Translations under genes and position numbers: made by a program | Part shown: in pieces, positions 7,989 through 18,807 of the stretch | Layout: each line of letters opens with the position of its first letter | Position numbering within the stretch: the first letter of the stretch is position 1 | From: Candidatus Eiseniibacteriota bacterium | Lineage (GTDB): Bacteria; Eisenbacteria; RBG-16-71-46; CAZAMP01 | DNA: 64,000 nucleotides | Direction: 5' to 3' | Assembly (NCBI GenBank): GCA_965224245.1 | Contig: OZ245046.1 | Span: 1,088,001-1,152,000, forward strand | The notes under the pieces: model-generated | The model's input: the letters and a program-made list of their open reading frames with translations, nothing else | Database searches by the model: none | What the model was told of the DNA's origin: nothing

Positions 7989-10907
7989 TCACGGCAGCAG
8001 GATCAGCTTCCGGCTCGTCGAGGTCGATCCGACCTCGAGACGGACGTAGTACGTCGCGGGCGCGGCACGGCGACCGTCGGCGCGCCGGCCGTCCCAGGTC
8101 ACCCGGTGGTATCCGGCGTCCAGGGGCTCATCGAGCAACGTTCGCACACGACGACCCGTCGCGGAGTACACGTCGATCCGGGCGGTGGTGCGTTCGGGGA
8201 GTCCGAACCGGATCGTCGTTCCGGCGCGGAACGGGTTCGGACGGACCGTGGCCACGAGGGACTGCGCCGGCGCCACCGACCCGGGATCCGCGCGATACGC
8301 CACCTGATCCCAGATGTCGCGGATGGTCTCCGCGGGGACGAGCGCGGCCTGGTTGATGGTCTCGGCGATGTCCGCGGCCAGATCGTCGTTGGTCGGGTCG
8401 CCGTCGAGGATCAGATCGGCGATCTCCTGAAGCGCCTGGCTCGCGGTGAAGCCGTCCTCGGAGACCACGTCGCTCGTGTGGAGCTTCCCTGACGCCACGT
8501 TCAGAAGGAGCGCCAGGTAGTGCTGCTTCGCACGATCCAGGAGGAGCGCGCCGCCGGAGACCGTGAACGTGTCGTAGATCGTCTCCAGATCCAGCGGCTC
8601 AGGACCGGCGCCACCATCCATGAACGTCACGCCCTCCACCACGATCGCGTTCAACCCGTTGTCGTGGAAGTGCTCGAACAGCAGCGCGGGGAAGTTCACC
8701 CGCATGTTCGTCTCGGACTCGTGCGCATGGCCGCGTCCGGTGATGAGCGCCTTCGCCTGGTGCTTCCAGTAGCCCATGCCGCGGATGGGACCGACCGCCG
8801 ACACGCAGGTCAGGTCGAAGTCGAGGACCTGGTCGGTCTCGAGCGTCACCGATGCGTGTCCGTCGGGCGGTGTGTTCGCGGCGTAGCCGAGCGGCACCAG
8901 GATCGACACCTCGCCGAGCCCGGGGTCCGATGCGAGGTCATCGAAGTGGTACTCGCCCATCGCATCGGTCACCGTGCTCAGGAACTGCCCGTCGGGCGTC
9001 GCGAGATCCACGGTGACCCCGGCCAGGACGCTCTGACAGTTCGATCCGACCTTTCCGGACACCGAGACCAGGGCCGGCTCGGATGCGTCGTCACAGCTCG
9101 GACACGTCAGACCGGCCGGAACCGAGACGCCGGGAGCAGCGGTGTTGAACGCCGTCAGGAGCACGTTGTCGAAATACGGCGCGGACGAGGAGCGCGGCGA
9201 CCCGCCGAAGCCGTTCGGGTCGTCGAGGTAGAGCAGCCGGATCCGGATCGCGGTCGCGCCGGGCTCGATCAGATCCGATACGTCCTTGCGGAAGACGAGC
9301 CAGTCCGCACCCGATGTGGCGTGGTAGACGAAGCCGTCGGTTCGGGTCACGTCGCACTGGCCGGCGACGATGGAGACGATCTCGAAGTCGACGAACCGCT
9401 GGACGTCGGCGGCAAAGTCCTCGTGATACCAGCAGAACGCCAGCTCGAACCCGGTCGCGTCCGCAGGCAACGGGATGGGCGGGGACTCCACGCCGATGCG
9501 GATGTGACGCCCCTCGTCCTCGACCTCGGTCGGGGTGCGAGGGACCTCGCCGCTGCCCGGGTCGTAGGCGACCCACGACCAGTCGTTGGCGAGGCAGGTC
9601 GTCGCCGCACACGGCGGGGTCAACTCGCGCCGGAAGCCGGCGATCCCCGCTCCGACGGGAAGCGACGCGGTCCAGCCGTCGCTCTCACCGTCGCCGTCGG
9701 GCACGGCCTCGGGCTCGAAGTCGGCGTCGACGGTCCCCGCGATCTGGATCTCGTCGATCTCCCAGGCGCCGCCGGCCTCCTCGTAGGCGCCGTCGGAGAC
9801 GAAGCGAAGCCGGAGGGTGACGCTCTGCCCGGCGTACGCGGAGAGGTCCACCGAGTCGAGCGCGAACGATCCGTTCGAGCCGTCGAACTGGGCGACGATG
9901 TCGAACGACGACGAGCCGGACGGCCGAACCTCGACGAGGCAGAAGTCGAAGAACGCCTCGGTCTGGTAGCGATGCACGAGATCGAGGCTGACCGATCCCG
10001 ACGGCAGCGTGACGGTCTTGGACAGCCGCTGATCCCAGAGCGGACCATACGCGGAACCTGCGGTCACGATCCGGCAGGGGTCGGTCGTGCCGCACCAGAA
10101 CACGCCTCGCGAACCGCTCGCCGCGTCCGACTCGGTGAGCTGCCAGTGGATCTCGTCGGTGCCGCGCACCGGCCCCTGGGTGTTGACGCTGCTCTCGTCG
10201 AACGGCTGCCAGCCGCCGTCGGACGCGTCGAAGCTCTCGAAATAGATGCACGTGGGGTCGGGTGGACACGCGAGCACGAAGTCGACCGTCCGGTCGCCGG
10301 TGACGAAGAGCTGCGTACTGCCGCCTGGGGGAGAGACGGCATCATAGCCCGTCGCATCCACCGAGAGCACGGGCAAGGGCGGCTGTGTCTGAGACGGATC
10401 ACAGCTGAACGACGCACCACCGGGAGCGAACACGTCGGTGAATGCGTACTGCCCGGTGGCATCCGTCAGCGTGGTGAGCGACGTGCCATCGACGAGATCG
10501 AGGGTGATCTCGACCCCGGCGAGCGCGCCATCGCAGTCGGACACGACCTGTCCGGAGATCGTCGCGAGGATGCAGATCAGATCCAGGTCCACCGACACGG
10601 GTGCGGCGAGGTCCATCGACACGAACGTCGGGGACACCGCCTGATAGCCGGCCGGTGGCTGGAACACGAAGAACGCCTGTCCGGCGTCGGGCAGGCCGAG
10701 AAACGCGAAGTCCCCCGACGCGTCGGTGCAGGCGAGCTCGAAGCCGGTCGGGGTGAACCCGAGCACCAGCACGTTCGCGACCGCGCCGCAATCCGAGGTG
10801 ACGCGTCCCGAGACGTCCGCGGCCATCGCGGGGGGGACCGACCCGAGCAAGACGGCCGCCACGAGCGGGATCGTCCTCGCGGTGAGTCCGTTACGGGGTT
10901 GCTGCAT
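7989..10907 (-). CDS. Secreted multidomain protein: three carboxypeptidase-regulatory/SdrD-B-like repeats, MAM/immune-inhibitor-A-like jelly roll, FlgD-Ig C-terminal domain
   Basis: GGAGG RBS and signal peptide; three 'SGxVxS(D/N)C...TDAxGx(Y/F)xF...GYxA' repeats; 'DLSAYAGQSVTLRLRFVSD..WEIDEI'; 'PNPF...VTWDGR..G...YYVRL' tail. Confidence 0.75.
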   Translation of the reverse strand: MQQPRNGLTARTIPLVAAVLLGSVPPAMAADVSGRVTSDCGAVANVLVLGFTPTGFELACTDASGDFAFLGLPDAGQAFFVFQPPAGYQAVSPTFVSMDLAAPVSVDLDLICILATISGQVVSDCDGALAGVEITLDLVDGTSLTTLTDATGQYAFTDVFAPGGASFSCDPSQTQPPLPVLSVDATGYDAVSPPGGSTQLFVTGDRTVDFVLACPPDPTCIYFESFDASDGGWQPFDESSVNTQGPVRGTDEIHWQLTESDAASGSRGVFWCGTTDPCRIVTAGSAYGPLWDQRLSKTVTLPSGSVSLDLVHRYQTEAFFDFCLVEVRPSGSSSFDIVAQFDGSNGSFALDSVDLSAYAGQSVTLRLRFVSDGAYEEAGGAWEIDEIQIAGTVDADFEPEAVPDGDGESDGWTASLPVGAGIAGFRRELTPPCAATTCLANDWSWVAYDPGSGEVPRTPTEVEDEGRHIRIGVESPPIPLPADATGFELAFCWYHEDFAADVQRFVDFEIVSIVAGQCDVTRTDGFVYHATSGADWLVFRKDVSDLIEPGATAIRIRLLYLDDPNGFGGSPRSSSAPYFDNVLLTAFNTAAPGVSVPAGLTCPSCDDASEPALVSVSGKVGSNCQSVLAGVTVDLATPDGQFLSTVTDAMGEYHFDDLASDPGLGEVSILVPLGYAANTPPDGHASVTLETDQVLDFDLTCVSAVGPIRGMGYWKHQAKALITGRGHAHESETNMRVNFPALLFEHFHDNGLNAIVVEGVTFMDGGAGPEPLDLETIYDTFTVSGGALLLDRAKQHYLALLLNVASGKLHTSDVVSEDGFTASQALQEIADLILDGDPTNDDLAADIAETINQAALVPAETIRDIWDQVAYRADPGSVAPAQSLVATVRPNPFRAGTTIRFGLPERTTARIDVYSATGRRVRTLLDEPLDAGYHRVTWDGRRADGRRAAPATYYVRLEVGSTSTSRKLILLP

Positions 10908-11321
10908 ACTGCCTCCCAGGTTGTCCGGGCGCGATCGGCCCGGCGGGAACGGGCGGAACGGGAAGTGCACGCGCCTCCGGGACGCGAAGCACGGGAGCGT
11001 GGGAGCGCGGGAGCGGTCCCGGTCCGTCGCTCCTCACCTGGGAATGCGCAAAACGGGGGCGGTGACAGCGGCGCCTTCTCGAGACGAGGCCCCGGAGGTG
11101 CGCGACCGGGGAGACCGGGCAAGTGTCGGCTTTCGAAGACGTTGGAGGCGTTCACGGTGCCGCGCGCCGGGCCCCGCCGGGCCGGGGCCACCGGGCTCCA
11201 TCTCGGCGGCTCGCGGGTCGTTGGCAGGGACTGGCCCCTCGGCGGCCGATTCTCCGTGTCCAGAGATGAGACCGACGCCGCTGCACGGCGCCGGCGGCAT
11301 CGCCCGGACGGAGGAGGACCC

Positions 11322-12803
11322 ATGCAGACGGCCAGAACCTCGCCCCGCCGCGCGCTGCGGAGCATCACCGGCTCGCTGGCGCTCACGGTCGCGACGAGCG
11401 GCGCGTCCGCCACCGCGGCGGACTTCCTCGTACCCGACGACTTTCCGTTGCCGATCGCCGTCCAGCTCGCGTGCAACAGCCTCGATCCCGTCAACACGAT
11501 CCGGATCACCGAGCGCATCACGATCACGGGCACCATCGACATCGACGCGTCCTGCGACGGTACCGGTGCCGTCGTCATCCGTCCGGACGTGGATGGCGAT
11601 CGCGCTACCATCGAGTCCGCGCACGCCGGCCCGGCGTTCCGCCTCGTCTCCTGTGAACGAGTCACCCTGCAGGATCTCGACGTGGTCCGCACGTGGCCCA
11701 ACTCGACGAACCTCATCGAGATCTTCACCGCGATCGACTGCACGATCGAGCGCTGTCGCCTGGGGTCGGTGCTGTTCGTGAGTGCGCGTGACGGCCGGGG
11801 CTCGACGCAGCCACCCGATGGAGCCCGGCGCGCCGCCGGCAGCGTGCTGTCGATCGCGTACCCGAAGAACGTCGTGGTCCGGAACTCGCTGTGCTTCTCG
11901 ACACCGCACGGAGCCTTCAGCCGGGGGATCGAGGTCACGAACATGTCCGACACCGACAACTCGATCTTCCTCTACAACAACGTGGTGGGGGACTACGCGG
12001 AGTACGGCATCAGCGTGCAAGGAGGTGGTCTCGACGGACCGCTCGCATTGCTGCGCAACAACGTGGCCGTGAACCACGTCGATCTGGCGGTCGAGCCGGT
12101 GGCCTATCGAAGCGACTTCTTCGCGCCCGGCGAGGTCGTGACGTCGCACAACGTCGCGCTGGCGACGCTGGGCCAGGTCGAGGTCATCGGCGGCGGCGCG
12201 ATCACCATCACGGCGGACGGCGTGCCGGTGGCGGAGTTCCTGCGCCTCGAGCGCCCGGAGGTGGACGACGTCTTCGTCGAGTACCGCTGGTTCATCGGGG
12301 ACTGGGATCCGAACGTGGATCTCTACCGGCTGGAGCCGGCCGCGAATCCCATGCACGACGCACCGGGCGCGTTCGGCCAGACCGTCGCCGACGGGTCGCC
12401 TCATCCCCGGGACGTCGCAGTCGAGGACGACATCGAGCACGATGCCAGGCCGAGCGGGGACACGCTCCACACCGATCGCGGCGTGGATCAGCTCGAGCTG
12501 GATCAGCTTGCCGTGATCAATCCGTCGGGGCGGTCCGGACCGCTCCGAGCGTCACCCCGGACGAATCCCTCCTTCGCGCCTGCCGCGATCCAGTACGCGA
12601 CCGAGATCGAGGGGAGCCTTCGCCTCGAGGTGTTCGACATCTCCGGACGCCGGCGTTTTGTCGACGAGCGGATCGTCACGGCTGGAGACACCGGCGCAAT
12701 CGCGATCCCCGACGACGGTCCTGGCGTGAGGTTCTACCGACTGCTTCTCACATCGTCGCGAGGCGCTAGCCAGCTCTCCGGCAAGCTCCAGCGTCTCGAC
12801 TAG
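11322..12803 (+). CDS. Secreted right-handed beta-helix (pectin-lyase-like) protein with divergent T9SS-like C-terminal domain
   Basis: GGAGGAGG RBS before ATG 11322; signal peptide; beta-helix-like 'NVVVRNS', 'LYNNVV...YGI', 'LRNNVA'; tail 'NPS...LEVFDISGRR...GVRFYRL'. Confidence 0.65.
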   Translation: MQTARTSPRRALRSITGSLALTVATSGASATAADFLVPDDFPLPIAVQLACNSLDPVNTIRITERITITGTIDIDASCDGTGAVVIRPDVDGDRATIESAHAGPAFRLVSCERVTLQDLDVVRTWPNSTNLIEIFTAIDCTIERCRLGSVLFVSARDGRGSTQPPDGARRAAGSVLSIAYPKNVVVRNSLCFSTPHGAFSRGIEVTNMSDTDNSIFLYNNVVGDYAEYGISVQGGGLDGPLALLRNNVAVNHVDLAVEPVAYRSDFFAPGEVVTSHNVALATLGQVEVIGGGAITITADGVPVAEFLRLERPEVDDVFVEYRWFIGDWDPNVDLYRLEPAANPMHDAPGAFGQTVADGSPHPRDVAVEDDIEHDARPSGDTLHTDRGVDQLELDQLAVINPSGRSGPLRASPRTNPSFAPAAIQYATEIEGSLRLEVFDISGRRRFVDERIVTAGDTGAIAIPDDGPGVRFYRLLLTSSRGASQLSGKLQRLD

Positions 12804-12928
12804 TCAGAAACCCGGGAGACCGTGCGGGCCGGGGACGACGAAGCGAGTCGAGCTCGGCCCGACGTCCGGCGGACCGGGGGTGTGCCGAGCCCCGGGGGCG
12901 GGCACCCCAGGGCTCGACACGTGGGTGT

Positions 12929-15900
12929 TCACCGCCGGAGCAGCAGCTTCACCGACGCGATCGGCTCGCCGTCGAGCCGGAGCCGGGCGAAGTAGACTCC
13001 GCTGGGAGCGGCGTTTCCGGTCGCGTCCCGCCCGTCCCAGACGACCTCGTGGAGGCCGACGTCGATCCGTCCCAGGTCCGCGCGACCGACGAGGCGGCCG
13101 GACACGTCGTAGACGTCCAGCGTCGCGTCCCCGGTGCGAGTCGTCTGGAATCGAAGCCGTGTGCTGGCGTGGAACGGGTTGGGCATCGCGACGAGACGTC
13201 CCGCCGGCGGCTCGGAGGAGATCCCGGGCTCGTCGGTTTCCAGGAGGCCGCCCGGCTGTCGGATGACGAGGTGGCCGTTCTCGGTGCCCTCGGGGTCGAT
13301 CCCCTGCACGCACACGGTCACGCTGCCCTGTGCCGGTCCGCCGCGCAGCAGCTCGGTGGACCAGGTCGGATCGGGAACGGTCAGGTCGGCGAGGAACTCG
13401 TATCCGACCTCCTCCACGGTGACCCGTGCCGTCACCGGAGAGATGTTGTGAATGGTCGCCATGAAATCGTGTGGCGACCCGTCTCCGGGGTAGCTGGCGG
13501 TCTGGTAGAAGCCCCACGGCTCGACGAACGCGACCTCCTGATAGCCCTCGGGGAACGAGAACTCGAGCAACAGCTCCGCCGGCTGATCGGTCGGATTCGA
13601 GATCCGAAGTCCGCCGGCGCCGAGTGCACCCGTGATGCCGACCGTGGCCGTCGCCTCGGGGGCGAGCACGAGATCGGACTGCAGTCGGACGTCGATGGCG
13701 AACGACGCGATGGGGTCGGCGGAATCTCCGCGCCGGTGCAGCTCGATCAGCGTCTGATCCGGGAACTGGGCGGGATCGGTCTCGAGCTGCGCCGACAGAC
13801 ACCGGCGCTCTCCCGCGAACGAAGGGATGCTGTCAAGCTCGGACGCGACCGGGCTCGGAGGAATCTGGAGCGGCCACTCGACGTCGTCCTCGTCCCCCGC
13901 GCAAGCCGATCGCGCGATGGCCAGGAGGTCGGCGGCTTCCTGGTAGCGCCGGCTCGAGACGTCGTTCAGCGTGCCGAACACGTCCGAGTAGAACTCGCCC
14001 CCACCTAGGACGTCCACACCTGACGAGACGCCGCACCGCCCCGCGCGCCCTGTCGTGCCGCCCTTGACGCCGATCGCCATCGGAAACCACGATTGCTGGG
14101 ACGTGAGATAGAACGTGTCCACGGTGGCCAGACCACCGAGCCGCACTACCGTCCAGCTGGCGGTGCCCACGAGGTCGCGGAAGATGTCGTGCTGCATGGC
14201 GATCCGGGTGAGCTTCAGCATGTCGAACGCGCACGAGTACGGGTAGGTGCCGTCGGTGTCCTGGATGTCGAGACCGGCGGGATTCGTGAAGTACGTGTGG
14301 TCGAGACCGGCCGTGGCGGCGCGCGCGTTCATCATGTCCACGAAGTCCTTCGTCGTTCCGTAGTGGTCGGACCAGGTGGCGTCGCCTCCGGTGAGCAAGT
14401 CGGCGACCGCGTAGGAGGCATCGTTGTCCGATTCGGACATCGTCAGGATCAGCAGGGTCTCCAGGCTGAGAAACTCACCCGCGACGAGGGGAGACGTCGT
14501 GCCCGCGATATTGTTCGCGGCCCACGACGGGACCAGGTACACGTCGGAGAGGTCGGCGAGCCCATCCTCGATCATCTCGCAGGCCAGGAGCGCGGTCATG
14601 ATCTTCGTCGTGCTCGCGATCTGCACCTCCTCGAAGAGGCGCCGCGAGTACACGATCGTGTTCTCGCAGTCCCGTGCCATCGACGTCACGCAGCGATGCT
14701 GCTCGGGCTGGCGCCAGGGAAGCAGCGCGTACACGATGCCGCTGTAGCCGTCGTGGTTCGGCGCGCCGATGGCGAGTCCGGCGCGTGAGCCGGCGTTGTT
14801 GTCGAATCGCCCGAAGGTCAGCGACATGCCGAGCCGCTGATCGTTCCAGGCCTGGTAGTCGATCTTCTTCGTGTTGTAGGTGATGTGCGAGGCCACGTCG
14901 AGCCCCGTGGCGTTCCCGTAGAGCACGTGAACGTGGCCCGAGTTGACGACCGAAGCGAGGTTCTGTCCGGGGGCGGAGATCGCGAGGTCGTCGTACGGCC
15001 CCACGGTGAAGCGGCCTGCGGCCACGGCGTACCCGAACAGCTCGTCCGTTCCCGGCGTGCCGTCCACATCCGACTGTGTGAGACGCAGGACGCTGGACTC
15101 GCGGAGGCCGGTGAACGATCCGTCGGCGACGTACACCTGGCCGGCGTTGTCCTTCGTGCCCACGTCGCGCCACGGCTCACCGATGACGAGTGATCGATAG
15201 CCGCTCTCGTCGTCGGTGAAGTTCCCCACCGCCAGCGACCAGCCGAAGTAGGCATTCGATTGGGGCGGTGCGCCCGGCCAGAGGTCGACGGCCGTGTGCC
15301 AGTCGCTCGGGCTGGTGTCCAGGCCCCCGGGGCCGCCTTCGGTGAGGAAGATGCGTCCCTCGTTCGCCAGACCGATCACGGTCATGTGGGGCGCGCCGAT
15401 GATCAGGTCGTCGCTCGGATCCCCCATGACGTGGCCGGCGGCCAGCTTGGCGCCGAACTCACTGTCGGCCGGCGGGGCGCTCAGCCAGTCGGACGCGCTG
15501 AACTCGGTGCGGCGCGGGTCGTCCCACCGGAGTCCCGAGGCGTTTCCGTAGAACACGGACACTCCACCCTGGCGACCGTCCCGGCCGGGTCCGCCGACGG
15601 CCAGGTCCTCGTATCCGTCGTCGTCGAAGTCGCCGACCGCCAGGGCCCAGCCGAAGCGCTCGTCGGCCTGGAAGGCCCCGACCAGGGCTGCGCTGGCGTT
15701 CGGCGAGATGCCGATGCCCGCGATCCCCGGGTAAATGAGAACCGCACCCCCGTTGTTGAAGGTGCTCCCCATCCCGTCGTTGGTGTTGACGAACGGGAGA
15801 GCCACTGCGAGATCGTCGGCGCCGTCGCCGTCGAAGTCCCCTGCGGCGAGGACCCGGCCCATCTCGATGCTGGTGTCGTCCTCCCAGCTCGGATCGATGG

Positions 15901-16243
15901 AGAGCTTGTCCGCGCCCGCGTGCGTGAGCCCGGTCGGGCTCCCGTAGTTGATCGTGACGAATCCGTGATGGCGCGTATCCGGGTAGTCACCTTGCTCGTC
16001 GTGGGGGGAGCCCACGGCGAGGTCGTTGTAGCCGTCGTCGTCGAAGTCTCCGGCGGCCGAGGCCCAGCCGAAGTAGTCCCCTGGCTCGCGAGCTCCCCGG
16101 GACTCCTCCCCTTGACGGATCAAGGAGAGATGGGCGATCGCCGGCTGAAACGTGATCGAGACCGCCAGAGCGGCACCGAGCACTCGCGTCCACCGCCTCG
16201 TTGCGGTACGGACGATCGGGAAGAAACGTCGTTCATGGAACAT
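12929..16243 (-). CDS. FG-GAP (integrin-alpha) repeat + peptidase S11 (D-Ala-D-Ala carboxypeptidase-like) + FlgD-Ig C-terminal domain
   Basis: Repeated 'FG..LA.GDFD.DG.DDLAVG.P'; SxxK 'IASTTKIMTAL', SxN 'SDNDAS', 'FTNPAGLD', 'VKGGTT'; C-terminal 'PNPF...WDGRD'. Confidence 0.88.
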   Translation of the reverse strand: MFHERRFFPIVRTATRRWTRVLGAALAVSITFQPAIAHLSLIRQGEESRGAREPGDYFGWASAAGDFDDDGYNDLAVGSPHDEQGDYPDTRHHGFVTINYGSPTGLTHAGADKLSIDPSWEDDTSIEMGRVLAAGDFDGDGADDLAVALPFVNTNDGMGSTFNNGGAVLIYPGIAGIGISPNASAALVGAFQADERFGWALAVGDFDDDGYEDLAVGGPGRDGRQGGVSVFYGNASGLRWDDPRRTEFSASDWLSAPPADSEFGAKLAAGHVMGDPSDDLIIGAPHMTVIGLANEGRIFLTEGGPGGLDTSPSDWHTAVDLWPGAPPQSNAYFGWSLAVGNFTDDESGYRSLVIGEPWRDVGTKDNAGQVYVADGSFTGLRESSVLRLTQSDVDGTPGTDELFGYAVAAGRFTVGPYDDLAISAPGQNLASVVNSGHVHVLYGNATGLDVASHITYNTKKIDYQAWNDQRLGMSLTFGRFDNNAGSRAGLAIGAPNHDGYSGIVYALLPWRQPEQHRCVTSMARDCENTIVYSRRLFEEVQIASTTKIMTALLACEMIEDGLADLSDVYLVPSWAANNIAGTTSPLVAGEFLSLETLLILTMSESDNDASYAVADLLTGGDATWSDHYGTTKDFVDMMNARAATAGLDHTYFTNPAGLDIQDTDGTYPYSCAFDMLKLTRIAMQHDIFRDLVGTASWTVVRLGGLATVDTFYLTSQQSWFPMAIGVKGGTTGRAGRCGVSSGVDVLGGGEFYSDVFGTLNDVSSRRYQEAADLLAIARSACAGDEDDVEWPLQIPPSPVASELDSIPSFAGERRCLSAQLETDPAQFPDQTLIELHRRGDSADPIASFAIDVRLQSDLVLAPEATATVGITGALGAGGLRISNPTDQPAELLLEFSFPEGYQEVAFVEPWGFYQTASYPGDGSPHDFMATIHNISPVTARVTVEEVGYEFLADLTVPDPTWSTELLRGGPAQGSVTVCVQGIDPEGTENGHLVIRQPGGLLETDEPGISSEPPAGRLVAMPNPFHASTRLRFQTTRTGDATLDVYDVSGRLVGRADLGRIDVGLHEVVWDGRDATGNAAPSGVYFARLRLDGEPIASVKLLLRR

Positions 16244-16541
16244 GACGTGGCTCCTGTCTTCGTCGGATGTCGGCTCGGGGCGGGCTTCTTCCGGGACCGA
16301 CTCCGTCTACGTGGAGCGGGCTGCGAGCCGCTGGGGAAGCACTCCGATGCTGCACGCGGCTCTACTCGGTAGTGCGGAAAATGCCGGCGCGCTGTCACCT
16401 TCGCCGGTGGACTCGCGGGGATCGTCGCGATCGAGCCGCAGACCCGCTGGTCACACGGAAGCGGGCATCGCACGCGCGTTTTCCGTTCACTCGTGCCATA
16501 CTCCCACGGTTCGGAACGACCCTCCGGAAGTCGAGGTAGGG

Positions 16542-18797
16542 ATGCGGACACGTCTCGGGCGCTACTCGATCGTGGGCAAGCTGGGTCAGGGTGGCATGGG
16601 CGTCGTCTACGAGGGGCTCGACGAGACGCTCCGGCGACGCGTCGCGCTGAAGGTGCTCGCGGAGCCCGGCGACGCGAGCGCCCGCGATCGGTTCCTCCGC
16701 GAGGCCCAGGCCGCCGCCGCGCTGACCCACCCCAACGTGTGCCAGATCTACGAGATCGGAGAGGATGGGGACGAGCTCTTCCTCGCGCTTGAGTTCCTCG
16801 AAGGCCGGCCGCTGGATCAGGCGCTGACGGGCGGTCCTCTATCCGCGCCGGAGGCCGTGGATATCTGTCGGAGCGCGCTGGCGGGGCTGGCGGCGCTGCA
16901 CGGCGCCGGCCTCGTGCACCGTGACCTGAAGCCGTCGAACCTGTTCCTGGTCCGTGACGGCGTGAAGCTGCTCGACTTCGGTCTCGTGCGCCGCGCGTCT
17001 CCCGAGGGACCGGACGATCTCGTCCTCACCCGGCCCGGGACGACCATGGGAACGCCGTTCTACATGGCACCCGAGCAGTGGCGAGGCGAGCCGGTGACCG
17101 CCGCCACCGACCTCTACGCGATGGGGGCGGTCCTGTACGAGATGGTGACGGGAGCGCCGCCGTTTCCCGGGAAGTCCGTAGGGGAGGTTTGCGACGGTGC
17201 GATCCACCGGCATCCGCCGCCGCTCGCGGGCGGGGCGGGCGTCCTGGCCCTCGACCGGGTGGTTCAGCGCGCGCTGTCCAAGCGCCCGGAGGACCGATAC
17301 GGGTCGGCCGCGGACATGGTCGACGCACTCGGCACGATCGGTGGAAGCCGGAACGCGACGGGGAGCGTCGACGCTCCGGTGCGCGCGCTGAAGCGCCTCG
17401 TGGCGATCCCGTTCCGGGTGCTGAAGCCGGACCCCGAGACCGACTTCCTGGCGTTCAGTCTTCCCGATGCGGCCGCCATGTCGCTGTCCGGTCGGCCGTC
17501 GCTGGTCGTGCGATCCACGCACGCGGCCAGCCGGTTTGCGGGAGGACCGCTGGATCCTCCCACGATCGCCCGCGACCTCGACGTCGACGCCGTGCTGTCG
17601 GGCACCCTGGTCCGACACCGCGACCGCGTGCGCGTGAACGCGCAGGTGATGAACGTCCCCGACGGGACCGTCGTCTGGTCACACCAGCTCGAAGGCACGC
17701 TGGACGACCTGTTCGCGCTCGAGGACTCGCTGGCGGGAAGCCTGGCGGCGTCGGTGGAGGGGACGCTCGATGCCGACGTGTCGAACGCGGTCACGCGGGA
17801 GCTGCCGGCCGGCTCGGCGTATCGGAACTACCTGCGCGCAAACGACATCCGCTACTCGGCGATGCGGCCGACGGCGCTCATCGAGGCACGTGACCTGTAC
17901 CGGGCGTGCGTCGACGAGGACGCGACGATGGCGCCCGCGTGGGCAAGATTGGGTCGCATTCACCGCATCATCGCCAAGTACGGCTTCGGCGACGGCGAGA
18001 CGAACCGGCGCCAGGCACGCGAGGCCTTCCAGAGAGCACTCGACCTCGAGCCCGATCTGCCGCTCGCGCACAACCTCTACACGTTCTTCCAGCTCGAGGA
18101 GGAGGGGGACGCCGAGAGCGCCATGGTCCGTCTGCTCGGTCGGGCGAGGGCCCACGGCGAGGATCCCGATCTGTTCGCGGGACTCGTGGCCACGCTCAGG
18201 TTCTGCGGACTGCTCGATGCGTCGTTGGCGGCCTACGAGCGCGCGCGCAGCCTGGACCCGGCGATCCAGACGAGCGTTCACCACACGTACCATCTCGCCG
18301 GCGACTGGGTCCGGGCCGCGGACGCGGACCGGGACGAGCCCTTCTTCCTCCGGCTCGTCTGCTGGGACCACCTGGGGCGGTCCGAGGACGCCGTGGCGGC
18401 GCTGACCAAGGCCGCGAGCCCGGACCAGGCGGGCGTGGAGGGCATGGTCGCCGGCGCGGCGCTGGCGGCGATGACCGATGACCCCGACCGATGCTCGGAG
18501 TACCTACGGCGAATGGCCACGGTCGGCATGCACGATCCCGAGGCGCTCGCGCTGGTCGCGATGATCGCGGCGCGGGCGGATCTGGTCCCGGACGCCCTGC
18601 GGTTGCTGGATCGCGCCGTGGACAGAGGCTTTGCCGCCGCGACGCACATCCTTCGGGATCCCTGGTTCGATTCCGTCCGAGCGGAACCCGGGCTCGCCCC
18701 GATCGCCGAGAAGGCCGAGCGGAAGGTGCAGGCGGCCCGCGCGATGTTCCGGATGTCGGGCGGAGGGGAGCTGCTCGGGGTGGGCACGGGGGACTGA
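16542..18797 (+). CDS. Cytoplasmic Ser/Thr protein kinase with TolB-like domain and TPRs
   Basis: GQGGMG, VALK, HRDLKPSN, DFGL, GTPFYMAPEQ; 'LVAIPFRVL...LDVDAVLSG..RVRVNAQV' TolB-like module; TPRs; 'DPWFDSVR' C-terminal motif; GAGG RBS. Confidence 0.92.
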   Translation: MRTRLGRYSIVGKLGQGGMGVVYEGLDETLRRRVALKVLAEPGDASARDRFLREAQAAAALTHPNVCQIYEIGEDGDELFLALEFLEGRPLDQALTGGPLSAPEAVDICRSALAGLAALHGAGLVHRDLKPSNLFLVRDGVKLLDFGLVRRASPEGPDDLVLTRPGTTMGTPFYMAPEQWRGEPVTAATDLYAMGAVLYEMVTGAPPFPGKSVGEVCDGAIHRHPPPLAGGAGVLALDRVVQRALSKRPEDRYGSAADMVDALGTIGGSRNATGSVDAPVRALKRLVAIPFRVLKPDPETDFLAFSLPDAAAMSLSGRPSLVVRSTHAASRFAGGPLDPPTIARDLDVDAVLSGTLVRHRDRVRVNAQVMNVPDGTVVWSHQLEGTLDDLFALEDSLAGSLAASVEGTLDADVSNAVTRELPAGSAYRNYLRANDIRYSAMRPTALIEARDLYRACVDEDATMAPAWARLGRIHRIIAKYGFGDGETNRRQAREAFQRALDLEPDLPLAHNLYTFFQLEEEGDAESAMVRLLGRARAHGEDPDLFAGLVATLRFCGLLDASLAAYERARSLDPAIQTSVHHTYHLAGDWVRAADADRDEPFFLRLVCWDHLGRSEDAVAALTKAASPDQAGVEGMVAGAALAAMTDDPDRCSEYLRRMATVGMHDPEALALVAMIAARADLVPDALRLLDRAVDRGFAAATHILRDPWFDSVRAEPGLAPIAEKAERKVQAARAMFRMSGGGELLGVGTGD

Positions 18798-18807
18798 CGG
18801 GGCGGTG

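Noticed and set aside
11030-11080. 'GCGCAAAAC' considered as part of a c-di-GMP-I riboswitch
   Set aside because: Lacks the paired GGCAAAC...GCAAAG arrangement and supporting stems.
8520-11321. N-terminal 934 codons of the 1427-aa track ORF
   Set aside because: Antisense to the 7989-10907 gene; the real start is ATG 11322, which has a strong RBS and signal peptide.
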